Notes: generated by a model from the letters alone, not told the origin. DNA of 64,000 nt from the human T2T-CHM13v2.0 reference genome, Homo sapiens (GCF_009914755.1 NC_060927.1); one strand, 5' to 3'; positions 26,915-41,700 are shown, numbered from the stretch's first letter. Made by a program: numbers and translations.

Positions 26915-27790
26915 TTTAATAGACTTTATATTTTTTTAGAGCAGCTTTACATCCACAGAAAAATTGAGCAGAAGTACAGAAATTTCCCATATACCCTCTG
27001 CCCCCAACTCCCCACATGCACAGCCTCCCCCACTATTGACATTTCCAAACCACAGTGGTACATTGGTTACAGTTGATGAGCCTACACTGACACATCATTA
27101 CTACCCATGTAAAGTTTACGTTACATTAATGCTCATTCTTGATGTACACTCATGGGTTTTAACAAGCATGTTGACATGTACCTACCATTATAGTATCATA
27201 CAAGACAGTTCCACTGCCCTAAAAATCCTCTGGGCTCGGCCTATTCATCCCTCCCTCCCTCTTAAGTCCTCACAACCACTAATCTTTTTTCTATTGGCAG
27301 AGTTTTTCTTTTTCCAAAATGTAATTGGAATCATACAGTATATAGCCATTTCATACTGCCTTCTTCCACTTAGTAATAAGCATTTAAGTTTCCTCCATGT
27401 CTTTTCATGGCTTGATAGCTCATTTGTATTTAGCACTGAATAATATTCCATTGCCCGGATGTGGGATGTGCCACGTTTATTTATTCACCCACTAAAGGGC
27501 ATTTTGATTGCTTCCAAGTGTGGGTAATTATGAATAAGCTGCTATAACACTCATGTGTAAGTTTTTGTGTGGACGTAAGTTTTCAACTCCTTTTGTTAAA
27601 TATCAAAGGGAGCTATTGCTGGATTACATGGCAATCATAAGTTTAGTTTTGTAAGAAACGCGAAACTGTCTTCCAAGTGGCTGTACCGTTTTGCATTCCC
27701 ACCAGCAATGAGTGTTACTGTTGCTCCACATCCTCGCCAGCATTTGGTGTTGTCACTGTTTGAGGATTTTAGCCATTCTAATAGGTGAAT
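26915..27790 (-). mobile_element. Old L1 (L1M) 3' region
   Basis: GAATAATATTCCATTG, TTGCATTCCCACCAGCAATGAG, CCACATCCTCGCCAGCATTTGGT. Confidence 0.8.
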
Positions 27791-27974
27791 TAATTTTTTT
27801 AATGAAGTTATTTCCTCCAAATTGGATGGATCACCTAAAAGACAAAGAATTACTACTTTTAAATAGTAGATAAGTGGTTATGCAAATTAAAGTATGATCA
27901 AATCTCTCCTAGAAGTTTTAAGTAGTATGCAAAGAACAGGGACAGATTGTGAATAAATCTCTGTCAGAGTAATT

Positions 27975-28288
27975 GTCATTTATTTGTTTGTTTGTTTATT
28001 TATTTTGGGACAGAGTCTTGCTCTATCACCCAGGCTGGAGTGCAGTGGCAAAATCTCGGCTCACTGCAACCTCTGCCTCCCAGGTTCAAAATCTTCTCGG
28101 GCCTCAGCCTCTCAAGAAGCTAGGACTACAGTTGTGTGCCACCACACCTGGCCAATTTTTGTATTTTTAGTAGAGACAGGCTTTCACCATGTCAGCCAGG
28201 CTGGTTTCAAACTCCTGACCTCAGGTAATCTGCCCGCCTTAGCCTCCCAAATTGCTGGGATTATAGGCGTGAGCCACCACACCCGGCC
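27975..28288 (-). mobile_element. Alu
   Basis: Antisense dimer. Confidence 0.88.
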
Positions 28289-28843
28289 TATTGTCCTTTA
28301 AAATTGACCTTTTCTCCCTATTTTCTCCCCTACAAGAGTCTATATTGTAGACACAGGAACCTGTGAGTTTCAGGACCACCTTGAAACCAGAGTAATGGGT
28401 ACAAAATTAACTCCCTACAGCTGGGGCCTGAGAGTTGCAATAGTGGCTACCAAGTAGTACACCCCAGAAAAACAGTGCTCAATTACATAGTACCAGTGAC
28501 AGAATTCTCTCAATTCTGTAATCAACACATACCACCAGCCTCTCCACTGAGAAATGGGCCCATGGGCCCAGCTCCACTAAACACTGGGAAGAAATAGAGT
28601 CCTGCTTTGCTCACCACATTTTCTTTCTCAGGGATGAAGTCAGGTCTATTTGCAGTTAAAAGCCTTGCCATTTAGTCTTTGTATACGATTAGTGTCAGAT
28701 CATAGGCAAGGCACTCTTAGAACCACAGAAAATTATTTTCACCAATGCAATTGTTTTCCCATAGTTGATACTTCTACACAGTAGGTTAAAAGAAAAGTAG
28801 GCTGTGCAGCCTCTCATTTGATGTTTTCTTTCCTCTTTTCCAG

Positions 28844-28890
28844 GATAGAATGGTGTTGCTGGTTGTGGGGAATCTGGTTAACTGGTCCTT
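28844..28890 (+). CDS. SIDT1: SIDT1 coding exon, DRMVLLVVGNLVNWS(F) (TM8)
   Basis: TTTTCCAG acceptor, GTAAGT donor; 47 nt. Confidence 0.95.
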
Positions 28891-29189
28891 GTAAGTAGTC
28901 TTATGAAAACATGTTTTTGCCTTTATTAATGTCAGTAACACTGTGGTTTAGCTTTCCTTGACTGTCATTTTTACAAAGAAATCTGAAATTAAGGAGAAGG
29001 TAGGACTGCTTGTTCTAGAGACTCAAAAAAAGGTAGTAGGACATTCTCGTGTAGCAATTGTAGCCTCTCTTAAAACACTGATGCATTGAGTTCATTTGTT
29101 CAACAAGACAAACATCAAAACTTGTTAAGTCTATGTGGATACATTGGATAGAAAGATGGGATGGACAGATGGATGGATAGTTGAATGGT

Positions 29190-29246
29190 TAGATAGATAG
29201 ATAGATAGATGATAGATAAATAGATAGATAGATAGATAGATAGATA
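29190..29246. repeat. (GATA)n tetranucleotide STR, interrupted
   Basis: Directly visible. Confidence 0.95.
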
Positions 29247-29355
29247 ATTATACCACTGATTGCAAACATCCAACATAGCTTTAAACTCTTTCACAGAATT
29301 TTCATAAAGACTACCCAGTAGGCCTTCTTTTCTGTAGAAATTTTTCTTTTACTAA

Positions 29356-29356
<1 letters not shown>

Positions 29357-29388
<32 letters not shown>
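29357..29388. repeat. (TG)16 microsatellite
   Basis: Directly visible. Confidence 0.95.
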
Positions 29389-29389
<1 letters not shown>

Positions 29390-30486
29390 AAGTCCCTCTT
29401 TTATTTCTTTCCCTCCAGTCTCTTTCTTTCTACCTACATCATTCTTCTTCCTCTTTCCCCATGGCCTTTGTTCCTCAAATGGCTCAAAATAGAACAGTAC
29501 AACAGATGTGTATTTTTGCTAGCCACCATTATTTTATGCAATCTATCCTCTTATACAGTTGAATGAGTAAAATATTTTATTGATCACTCAAACCATAAGT
29601 AAGTTTAACTGCTTTTATTTGTAGCTCCTAGATGATGAGCTCCTCAGGGTCAGTGGCCTGTGATTAAAAAAAAAAAAATGATTCTGTAATCCCAGTGAAC
29701 AGTAAGGAATGAAGAGGCATGCCTTCAGAGGAGGCCAGAATCAAGTCATGAGAATCTGAGTCCTATCTGGGGGGCATGTGCTTCTGGAAGAAGCTTCCCA
29801 TGTTGTCACCCCAGGGATTGCCTCAGGATAAGATGTATACCATTTAACGATTCCTCCTTTACTTGGGGGCAGGTCAAGATGAGAGGATTCTTGGGCAGTG
29901 GTCTCTTCTTGACCACCCTTCTAGCAGACTCCACAGTCCTGGTGGTCCTGAAAGAGAGGGCAATGGGAGGAGAAAAGGGACCAACCTCTTGATAATGACC
30001 AACCTTTGACTATGATTCCAGGGGCTCAGAATCACTTGGCTTGTCTCCGTCTCTCACATAAGCAAAACCACATCCACGATCTGCTCACAAGACAAGGCAA
30101 ATGGCCTCTCTTCACAGACAGCTCTGTGGAACAAAAGGGCCTCTAGGGATGGAGGTGCAATGACAGACTTACACCGTGATTATCTGATAGTGGGCTACCT
30201 CCTTCCCAGTTGCTTCATAAAGACATGGAATGATTTCCCATGAATGATATTTTAAAAAGAATTACTTTCGTATGGTCCTGAGTTATATATAGGCATAGAG
30301 ATGTATGTACATACATATGCATATAGAGAGAGAGACAGAGAGAAAATGACAAAGCAAATGTAACAAAACGCTAATAACTAGAGAATCTGAAGGAAGGATG
30401 TACAAGAGTTGCCTGGTATACTAAAGATTTCAAAATCTGGGAGAAGAAAATTTTCTGCATTATACAGAACAAAGTCACTTGAGGGA

Positions 30487-30622
30487 GGCCAGGTGCAGTG
30501 GCTCACACTTAGAATCACAACACTTTGGGAGGCCGAGGCAGGAGGATTGCTTGAGCCCAGGAGTTTGAGACCAGTCTGGGCAACATGGTGAGACCCTCTC
30601 TCAAAAAAAAAGAAAAAAAAAA
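30487..30622 (+). mobile_element. Alu left monomer (FLAM-like)
   Basis: Single arm with A-tail; TSD-like AGAACAAAGTCA/AGAACGAAGTCA. Confidence 0.8.
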
Positions 30623-30980
30623 AGAACGAAGTCAGTTGGAATTCAAAATGAACAAAGAGAGTCCATTAATAGTACTTTACACTTTAAATACTTAGGAATA
30701 AATTTTGAGAGATGTACACAATCTTTCTGTAGAAAATGTAATTATCTTATTAGAAGCCATAAGGAAAATTTAGCTAAATGAAGAGAGACGTCAGGTCCTG
30801 GATGGAAAGATTAACTACTGCAAAGGTATCCTTTCTCAAGGTAATGTAAACATTTAGAGTTAGAATAGTAATTAAGTTAATAAGGTTTTATTCTAAAATT
30901 TATTTGCTAGTTAGGCAAAAATTTCAAAGATCTTTGAAAAAGAGATTAACAGAAGCAAGGAGGAGCAGAGGTGACTAGCC

Positions 30981-31160
30981 CAGCATTGTCCATTAGAACT
31001 CTCTGGAGTGATGTAATTGTTTCACACGTACGGTCCAATACAGTAACTATTAGCACATAGATATTGCAGACTTGAAATGTGGCTAGTGTGACTGAGGAAG
31101 TAGATTTTCAATTTTATTTAATTTTAATAGCCATATGTGGCTACCAAATGGAACAGTGCA
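30981..31160. mobile_element. MER3-like hAT element
   Basis: CAGCATTGTCCATTAGAACT...ACTTGAAATGTGGCTAGTGTGACTGAGGAA. Confidence 0.7.
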
Positions 31161-31346
31161 GGCTAGCCTAATCAGATAATCTAGCATATTATAAAATAAT
31201 AATAAAATAGTGAGGCACCGATCTAAAATTAGAAATTAGAAATATGAATCAGTGAATCCGAATGGAGGACAGAAACCCAACTAGATAGAGATATTGAGAT
31301 TTTAAAAAATATATATGTGGATGTGTATTCATCAAAAACTATTTCA

Positions 31347-31653
31347 GGCCGGGCGCGGTGGCTCACGCCTGTAATCCCAGCACTTTGGGAGGCCGAGGCA
31401 GGTGGATCACGAGATCAGGAGTTCAAGACCAGCCTGGCCAAGATGGTGAAACCCCGTCTCTACTAAAAATACAAAAAATTAGCTGGGCGTGGTGGCATGC
31501 GTCTGTAATCCCAGCTACTCCAGAGGCTGTGGCAGAGAATTGCTTAAACTTGGAGGGGTGGAGGTTGCAGTGAGCCGAGATGGTGCCACTGCACTCCAGC
31601 CTGGGCAACACAGTGAGACTCCATCTCAAAAAAAAAAAAAAAAAAAAAAAAAA
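31347..31653 (+). mobile_element. Alu (Sg-like), TSD AAAAACTATTTCA
   Basis: Full dimer, long A-tail. Confidence 0.92.
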
Positions 31654-32068
31654 CTATTTCAAAACAAAGAGATAAGAAAGAATTATGTAATAAAGGACAT
31701 ATTATAACTGAATAGAAATTTGGAACAAAATTAAAGCTGAGTCCAACCAAAATTAACTTTAGCATTAATTTTAAAACCATGGACAGCTAGCAAAAATTTG
31801 GTAATGTGTGTCAAGCCAATCATGGAGATGATTTTGCTTCTATTCTAAGGAACTAATCTTAAATGAAAAACATAAGCTCAATGTCTGAAAGTATTTATTT
31901 ATTCATTGCAGTGTTTCTTATAATAGTGAAAAACCGAAGAATGTGGGAAGACACTTCAACAAAAGGGGAAAGATGATTGTTTACATTGCATTCAGTTATG
32001 GGAACTTTACATGGTTGTTAGAAATGAATGCTTGGAAGAAAGTGTATTAAATTAAAAGTTACTTATAT

Positions 32069-32352
32069 AGGCAAGGCACCATGGCTCACGGCTGTAATCC
32101 CAGGGCTTTGGGAGGCTCAGGCAAAAGGATGGCTTGAGGCCATGAATCCAACATCAGGCTGGGCAACATAGCAAGACCCTGCCTCTACAAAAAAAATTTT
32201 AAAAGTTAGCTGGAAGTGGTGGCATGCATCTGTAGTCCCGGATACCAGAGAGGTTGAAGTGGAAGGATCGCTTGAGTCCAGGATGTGGAGGTTGCAGTGA
32301 GCCGTGATGGTGCCATTGCACTCTAGCCTGAGTGAGGGAATGAGACCCCAAC

Positions 32353-32384
<32 letters not shown>
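32069..32384 (+). mobile_element. AluJ
   Basis: Diverged dimer, long A-tail, TSD-like TACTTATAT. Confidence 0.85.
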
Positions 32385-32387
<3 letters not shown>

Positions 32388-32590
32388 TACTTATATGTTA
32401 AAGTATTTTTTTAAAAATCTACTGTTCCATCAGAGGTAAGAGTTTAAAAAAAAATAAAATGAACTAAAAATAAAAGTTAAAAAAAAAAAAAGAACCTGCC
32501 CCTTCCCCCTCAAGGGACTGGGGGATTGGAAAAGCCAATAGTGTTACAAATCCACCTTCACGGCTGCCCACATTTCTCCCACGCCTGCAG

Positions 32591-32696
32591 CGCCCTCTTT
32601 GGATTGATATACCGCCCCAGGGACTTTGCTTCCTACATGCTGGGCATCTTCATCTGTAACCTTTTGCTGTACCTGGCCTTTTACATCATCATGAAG
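32591..32696 (+). CDS. SIDT1: SIDT1 coding exon, [35 protein letters not shown] (TM9)
   Basis: CCTGCAG acceptor, GTAAGA donor; 106 nt; DFASY and NLLLY.AFYIIMK motifs. Confidence 0.97.
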
Positions 32697-32786
32697 GTAA
32701 GAGCGGGTGCCGGGAGCGGCTACCTCGGGCCCTCGGGCAGGCGAAGGCGGGGTCGCGTGAGGCCGCATCTGCTTCTCCTCCCACAG

Positions 32787-32897
32787 CTCCGCAGCTCTGA
32801 AAAGGTCCTCCCAGTCCCGCTCTTCTGCATCGTGGCCACCGCTGTGATGTGGGCTGCCGCCCTATATTTTTTCTTCCAGAATCTCAGCAGCTGGGAG
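32787..32897 (+). CDS. SIDT1: SIDT1 coding exon, [37 protein letters not shown] (TM10)
   Basis: CCCACAG acceptor, GTAAGA donor; 111 nt. Confidence 0.96.
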
Positions 32898-33339
32898 GTA
32901 AGAGGCCAGTTTTCTTATCCAAAAACAACCTCTCTCTCCAACTTGCCATTTTGGCCTTTCTACCTCCCTCTCTTAATGTGTTTTCACAGTGTCTAAAATG
33001 AAAGTTTTCTCTACCAGGGATGGTTTTTAATAGCCGCACACAAATGCACAATAACTGCATGCGTTATCATTCTCAGGGTGGCACTTTATAAATCTGTAAG
33101 TACTACAGACATTGCAAACTTGGTCTTCATTGCATGTTGTATTACGACGCTGGTCCCAGTGGATGCTTAACGCGGTCAAAAGCCTTGAGTAGTTCATCTT
33201 CTCATCTTTCTCATAATCTCCATCCATCAACAAATACCCAAGCTGAGTGTCATTACATCCAGTCCATAGATAACAGAGCCGAAGCCTAGGAAATTAGTGG
33301 TATATCTGAGGCACAGAACAGGAAGAAGTCTTAGCATTC

Positions 33340-35110
<1,771 letters not shown>

Positions 35111-35265
35111 TTTGTGTACAGGTTTTTGTGTGGATGGATGTTTTCTTGGAAGCTAACTTTTCGAACCAGACATCTAGTAGCGTTTTTGTGGCTTTCTGGA
35201 CGTTCAACTCTTTGAACAGTTGAACTGTGGGAATCTTGCCCATGTCCTGCCTCACCTTCCTCCAG

Positions 35266-35379
35266 GGAACTCCGGCCGAATCCCGGGAGAAGAACCGCGA
35301 GTGCATTCTGCTGGATTTCTTCGATGACCATGACATCTGGCACTTCCTCTCTGCTACTGCTCTGTTTTTCTCATTCTTG
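35266..35379 (+). CDS. SIDT1: SIDT1 coding exon, [38 protein letters not shown] (HxxxH zinc ligands, TM11)
   Basis: CCTCCAG acceptor, GTGAGT donor; 114 nt; DDHDIWH motif. Confidence 0.97.
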
Positions 35380-36809
35380 GTGAGTTCATATCTATCTTTT
35401 TGTGACTTTCTTCTCTCTTTACATCTTGTACTCTCTTTTTCTTCTGCTCTTCCTTACTTTTTTTTATATTCCTCTCTAATTTTACTTTCCATTTCCTCCT
35501 TGTAATTCAATGTACAGACCATCTTATTTCTTTCATAAATTTTATATCCTTTGGTTAGATCTTTAGTTTTTCTTTTACTCTTCAATATCTTTAGACACAG
35601 AGGGACAAAATTACTTTCCCTAAGTTGCACAGCACGTTTGTTCTGAATTGGTTATTAGACCCACATGCCCAGAATTCCCCCAGGAACCACTTTTAGCAAT
35701 TCCGATAACATTGGGTTATTCCTTCTTATGCCATACTCACATTCCTCCTCCTCCTCCTCCTCCTCCAGTCTCCCTGAATATTTCACAAATATTTTACATA
35801 TTCCTTAAGTGGCTTGGGGTAGCAGCCACGTGTCTGTTGCCTTCTGACCAGTCTGTCCCAAATCTCTCCTGTAGTTTCTCTATTTTTTTGCCCCAACCCT
35901 TTCTCAGAAGCCATGAGTATTTATATCAACCCTGGATTATAGTTCCATCCTTTAATCCTAACTTTGATTTTTCCCAATTAAAAGTCCATGGTGCCTGTAG
36001 GCAGGTTCAATTGACAATTAACAACCCTACTAGACTCCCGGGCTCCAGACCTACTAGATGCCCGGGCTCCACGCAAAGCGGGCTCAGGCAGGCCATATGA
36101 CTTCAAGAGTGGAGCAGGGCTATCCTCTAGTGGCCAGTTTGGGAAGCTTGGCCAATCTGTATAAACAGTCCTTACGTCTTTTACTTTTGATCGTCACCTT
36201 CATGAGAGAGACAGAGACAGCAAAAGTGGAACTAAAGATTCCACGTGGGGCAGTAGTAGTCAAATGAACTAGAAATGGAGGAGGAGGGTACATTTCTTAT
36301 ATAGCAATACTCTATCCAACAGGACTTTATTCCTTTGACTCTTGACCTAAATGTCCCCTAAGTAATGACTTCCCAGGCCACCCTATCAAAATTTTTTACC
36401 TCCCCACACCTGATACTTCCTGTATTTCCTCCCTTATTTAACTTCTATCCTTAGCACTTATTACTATCTAACATGCTATATTTTACTCATGTATTTGTTT
36501 CACGTCTAAAGCCCTCTTTAGAATGTAAGCTACATGGAGAATAGGGATTTTTGTCTCTTTCATTACCAACTATATCTCCATAGCATCTGGAATAGCACAT
36601 CATAAACCTTCATGAATATTTAATTGACAAATGAATTGTATAATTATAATAAGTGCCTATTAAGAGCAAAGGATTGCAGAGAGCTGCAGAAGGCATGAGA
36701 ATGAGAGGGAACTAACAGTTTCCAGTCTGTGTGCATCTCAGAGAGAAAACAGGACTTAGTGTGACAGTGACTGTCCATTCCTTTCATTTCTCTGTCCCTC
36801 TCACTTCAG

Positions 36810-36872
36810 GTTTTGTTAACTTTGGATGATGACCTTGATGTGGTTCGGAGAGACCAGATCCCTGTCTTCTGA
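36810..36872 (+). CDS. SIDT1: SIDT1 last coding exon, VLLTLDDDLDVVRRDQIPVF*
   Basis: CACTTCAG acceptor; TGA at 36870-36872; family C-terminus LLTLDDDL...I.VF. Confidence 0.97.
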   Translation, partial: VLLTLDDDLDVVRRDQIPVF

Positions 36873-38553
36873 ACCTCCAACATTAAGAGAGGGGAGGGAG
36901 CGATCAATCTTGGTGCTGTTTCACAAAAATTACAGTGACCACAGCAAAGTAACCACTGCCAGATGCTCCACTCACCCTCTGTAGAGCCAACTCTGCATTC
37001 ACACAGGAAGGAGAGGGGCTGCGGGAGATTTAAACCTGCAAGAAAGGAGGCAGAAGGGGAGCCATGTTTTGAGGACAGACGCAAACCTGAGGAGCTGAGA
37101 AACACTTGCTCCTTCCATCTGCAGCTTTGGGAGTGCAACAGGGATAGGCACTGCATCCAAGTCAACTCACCATCTTGGGGTCCCTCCCACCCTCACGGAG
37201 ACTTGCCAGCAATGGCAGAATGCTGCTGCACACTTCCCTCCAGTTGTCACCCTGCCCAGAAAGGCCAGCAGCTTGGACTTCCTGCCCAGAAACTGTGTTG
37301 GCCCCCTTCACACCTCTGCAACACCTGCTGCTCCAGCAAGAGGATGTGATTCTTTAGAATATGGCGGGGAGGTGACCCCAGGCCCTGCCCTACTGGGATA
37401 GATGTTTTAATGGCACCAGCTAGTCACCTCCCAGAAGAAACTCTGTATATTTCCCCCAGGTTTCTGATGCCATCAGAAGGGCTCAGGAGTGGGGTTTGTC
37501 ACACATTCCTCTTAACAAGTAACTGTCACTGGGACCGAGTCCTGGGTGCTTACATATTCCTTCGTGTCTTCATCTCACTGACCTGTGTGGACCTCATCAC
37601 TCTGACTCTGCCTTCTTGGAAAGGCCCTGTCACTCCACAGATGTCTGGCCAGCTTCAAGGCAGAAGGAAAAACAGGAAAAGCTCTTTTAACAGCAGCAGG
37701 AACAAGAGAAATGACTAACCATACTAAAAGACTGGTAACAGCAGCAGCAGCCAGACAGGCCTCACCTTAAGGACTTGGGCTGCCAGAGCAAATTCAGCAG
37801 AGCTTATTTGGCCTCCCATTCACACAGCTCAGTTCTGTGCCCACATCACCTTTGGGGAAGAAATCAGCATTCTAATCAGGGACACTACTTCAGGAGTCCT
37901 CCACAGCGAGTCCGTCATCTGTCACTTTATGTAGATCAGGGTTCTAGACTTCTTCCCTGAGGTTCTCAGAAGCAGCTCTCAGGATGAACGTATTGTCCTC
38001 TTCCCCTCTTCTTGCAAAGTGCACAGCTAATCTAATGTTGTCTCTCGGTTGCACCTGACATTCTCTCCCCAGTAAGGTGTTGGCAAGCTCAGCATCTGGG
38101 TTCCACTCTCACACTGTCTGGCAGCTCTGTGTCTGAGAAGTTCTACATTGACCAGGCCCCCTTGTTGCCTGGAGTATGACGTAATCAGAAAATAGACGTA
38201 TAAATGTGCACATGCGTATGTATTTGCTTGTGAAATTAAAGTCACCTCTTGCCTCTGCTTTCCTGATCATTCGTTAGAGAAATGGATCAGGCATTTTTTT
38301 AAATTATTATTCTTTCTCTAAACTATTTGCATTGTGTTCAAAAACCCATTTTAGAAGTTTGAACAGCAAGCTTTTCCTGATTTTAAAAACACAAAGTTGC
38401 TTTCAATGAAATATTTTGTGATTTTTTTAAAGTCCCCAAATGTGTACTTAGCCTTCTGTTATTCCTTATTCTTTAAGCAGTGTTGGCTTCCATTGACCAT
38501 ATGAAGGCCACCAATTAAATGGTTGTGTTAATCCAACATGTAAAAAACTTTTT

Positions 38554-38724
38554 GGCAGGGCACAGTGGCTCACGCCTGTAATCCCAACACTTTGGGAGGC
38601 TGAGGCAGGAGGATCACTTGAGCCCAGGAGATTGACGCCGCAGTGAACTATGATTGTGCCCCTGCACTCCAGCCTGGATGACAGAGTGAGACCCCATCTC
38701 TTAAAAAATAAAAAAAAATAAAAA
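38554..38724 (+). mobile_element. Alu monomer (FRAM/FAM-like) at the end of the SIDT1 3' UTR
   Basis: ~150-nt single arm followed by an A-tail. Confidence 0.8.
38707..38722 (+). terminator. SIDT1: Candidate SIDT1 polyadenylation signals (two AATAAA)
   Basis: AATAAA at 38707-38712 and 38717-38722, a CA shortly downstream, then a U-rich tract. Confidence 0.6.
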
Positions 38725-41700
38725 TTTGAACCTGTTTCACTATGGCTAGTTTGACCTAATTTCTTTATCTTAACGCACTATGGTTTCTAATCCACAGAAG
38801 ACCAAGGGAGGAAATGTGAACAACAAAGTCCATTCAAGTCGCCCTGTGGCTGAAGCGAATAAATTTTCAGATGCATAACCTGTTTGGTAGCTTGTTTGGG
38901 AAGATGTGAGCGGAAATGGGGAAAGGGCCCTGGAGGAAAGGGTGGACTGTGCTGCTGAAGCCTTCACTGTTTTCTGATCACGTCTGTCTTGTGCTACAAA
39001 CGCACACACTGTGGTCAGTTTTGTTCCTGCAACAGTACCGAAAATCCAGACCAAGCTTGTTTTTACAAATATCAGTTCTAAATGTACATGTTGCTAATTC
39101 TTTCCACAGCGCCAGTCTCACGGTTGGAGGACATAAAGTCATTCAGCTGCATCTGTAGGATTTACACAAGGGCTGGGGCAGAGGGGAGCACAGAGAGCTT
39201 AAAGAGCTTAACGAGCCATTTCTGTAGGACAGTGTCTATGCTAACTCTTGCCTGGGTTCATGGACTTCACTCTTTAAAAGGGAAAGGAAGAGTGACTGAG
39301 AAAGCCGGGTTCAACAGGAGCGTAACCGGAGAAAAGCAGTCACTGTGAAGAGGCTCTTGGCAAAGTAAGCACAGAAGTAATAAGAGCAGTTCAGCTGGAG
39401 CAGGACAGAGGTGTAGCAGCCAGAGAAGCAAAGCTGTGCACATAAAAAATGACCTCTTCACACCCCTGACAAATGCTGGAGAAGCAGCCCCACCTCTTTA
39501 TGCTCCACGGTTTACTGAGGGATTCGCCCGGTTTTATTTTAGCAGCAGGAGAAGCCAGTGGAATGCTGGACTCTATCTGGGGAAGGGACTTTCCATGACT
39601 GAAGGAGGTCACCGAGCCAGCTCCTCGGGGCAAAGAAAATGGCAGCTCCTCTCTTCGTAACTCCAGGCACCCACCAGAAGGTTCTGTGGGGTCACAACAT
39701 GCATGTGTCGGTAAATCAAATACCCAAATCCTCCTCAATATGGGTGATAGTCTCTATCCAAAACTCATGGGAAAGGGAGGAACAAAGATAAACACTATTC
39801 ACAGAAGGAACAGTACAATCTGCGGAAGATTCTGGAGTCCACCTACTCGCTATGTGCCCTTGGGGAAGTGACTGAAACTCTCAGATCCTCAGCTGGCACA
39901 CCTCCATGATTCTACGTGAGAATGGCAAAGGTGGAGGTGTGCAGGGTACCAGGAGCAGTGCTCACGCAGACAGGATCCTCAGCTCACCCTCCTGAATCCC
40001 ACAGGGAGGCAGGGCAAGAGTGGATCCATCAGCCAGTCTGGGATCTCTCTCCTCCAGGGGCTCTTCATTGAAACCAACTGTTTCGTTTCCTGTCCTCAGC
40101 TCCAGGCCCTGAACAGGTTGGGAGGCCTCTTCATCTTCAGAGACACTGCCCACAGCTGTTCAGCCTCTTCTCATCCCTACCCCCATCCTTGTCCTTTGTA
40201 GCTGCATTTCTCTGACTCTGGCCCTGAATATCCTTATTCCAACTGAGATGAAAAAAAAATGCTTCCAAAGCTAGGGCCAAGTGGGAAAGCCTGGCTGTTT
40301 ATAATGTGACACCTCATCACTGCTGTCTCTGCCCTGGGAATCTCAAGAAAAACCTAGGTTTTCTCCTCTCAAGTAGCTATTACAACCCTATTTCAGGGAA
40401 TGCCACGTGCAAATGTTTCCCTCCCTTCCCACCCTGATTACCAAACATTCTGTAGGGCAAGCTTGCATCTTCAGCTAAGGAGAACGCTTCAGCCTGCAGG
40501 TGACAAAACAGTCTCTGAAAGAGGAAGCATGGTTTTGAAATGAACCACTATGAATCTAATGTCCCTGGTGAAACTAAGGAGAAGCACTATCGGTAGAGAT
40601 TCTATTTGCTGTGCTTGAAGCAATGGAAAATGCTTTGTTTACCATGATTCCACCCAGCTTATAGTAGTTTTGTTTTTTGTTTTTTTAACACTGGAGGAGA
40701 CAAGATATATTTATGTGGCTAAGTTTTAATGTCTCCTCAATACGAAGGCACCTTTGTTAACAAGGTTAAGAGCATGTTAAATCTTAGGCCTTAACCCCCA
40801 TGAATTCGAGGAATCTGGGGAAGAATCACAGATCAGCCTTCACCACTGAGTTTCTAGAACACCAGAGCAAGAGAGTTTCACTTGGGTCTCCTCTGTAGAA
40901 AGAGACCTGTCCTCAATGAACTCCAAGGCGGGGCCTGTTTACACTGGACAGCTTTCCTGAAGCACGGTCTTGCTATTCTTATTGTAGTACAAAAAAGACT
41001 AGATGGATACCGTTGTTCACGAAGAAGTACCCTTTGCTCCCCCAATTTTAGAGAAAAGATCCCTGCCTTCTTCTTAAATATCTCTAGATTAAGAGATTTT
41101 ATCATTTTCCCTGAACTCTGAAAATTGTTTAAATTCCTTGGCTCTGTCCTACATCTTTTTGTCTACCTTTAAGTCCCTGTCATCTAAGTTTTATTCATTT
41201 CACTGGAGATGAACAATAGCTGACTTTTTTTTTAATATAAAAGAATCTTGAAGTCATGTTACATTTCAGTCAAGTGCTAAATAAAAACTAGGGGTCCCAT
41301 CTCCTGTCCCGGCATTATAGTTACAATTTAGAAATCAACAGATTTAAACAGTGAAAGATTTTCAAATCAGGGCAAGAGAAAACTGATATACAATCTCAAC
41401 ATGGCTCACTCTTGAGCCCCTGTTTTATATTTAAATCTTGACTTTTTTGTGTGAGTTATGACTCTAGGTCCTTGAAGCAGAATATTCTCCAAAATAATTC
41501 AAACGCTCTCTCTTTTAGGGTGCTACAACATTACCATCCCAGAAAGAAGTGGGTTTGCATTTTATGATTTGCATTAAATTGCTTATCTGAACCTTTCACA
41601 AGGCACCCTGGTACTAGGCAGGCCTCTTTGAGGAAACAGGACATATTTAGGCATGAGGTTTACTCTGCGTTTATCTCAACATGGGATACCTTGTGAAGTA

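Larger units (their letters stand above)
36873..38745 (+). other. SIDT1: SIDT1 3' UTR (3' end inferred)
   Basis: Follows the stop; ATTAAA at ~38235 and ~38514; AATAAA at 38707 and 38717. Confidence 0.7.

Noticed and set aside
39267-39461. Signal-peptide-like 64-aa minus-strand ORF
   Set aside because: Non-ATG start, no splice or homology support; the Leu bias comes from the AG-rich opposite strand.
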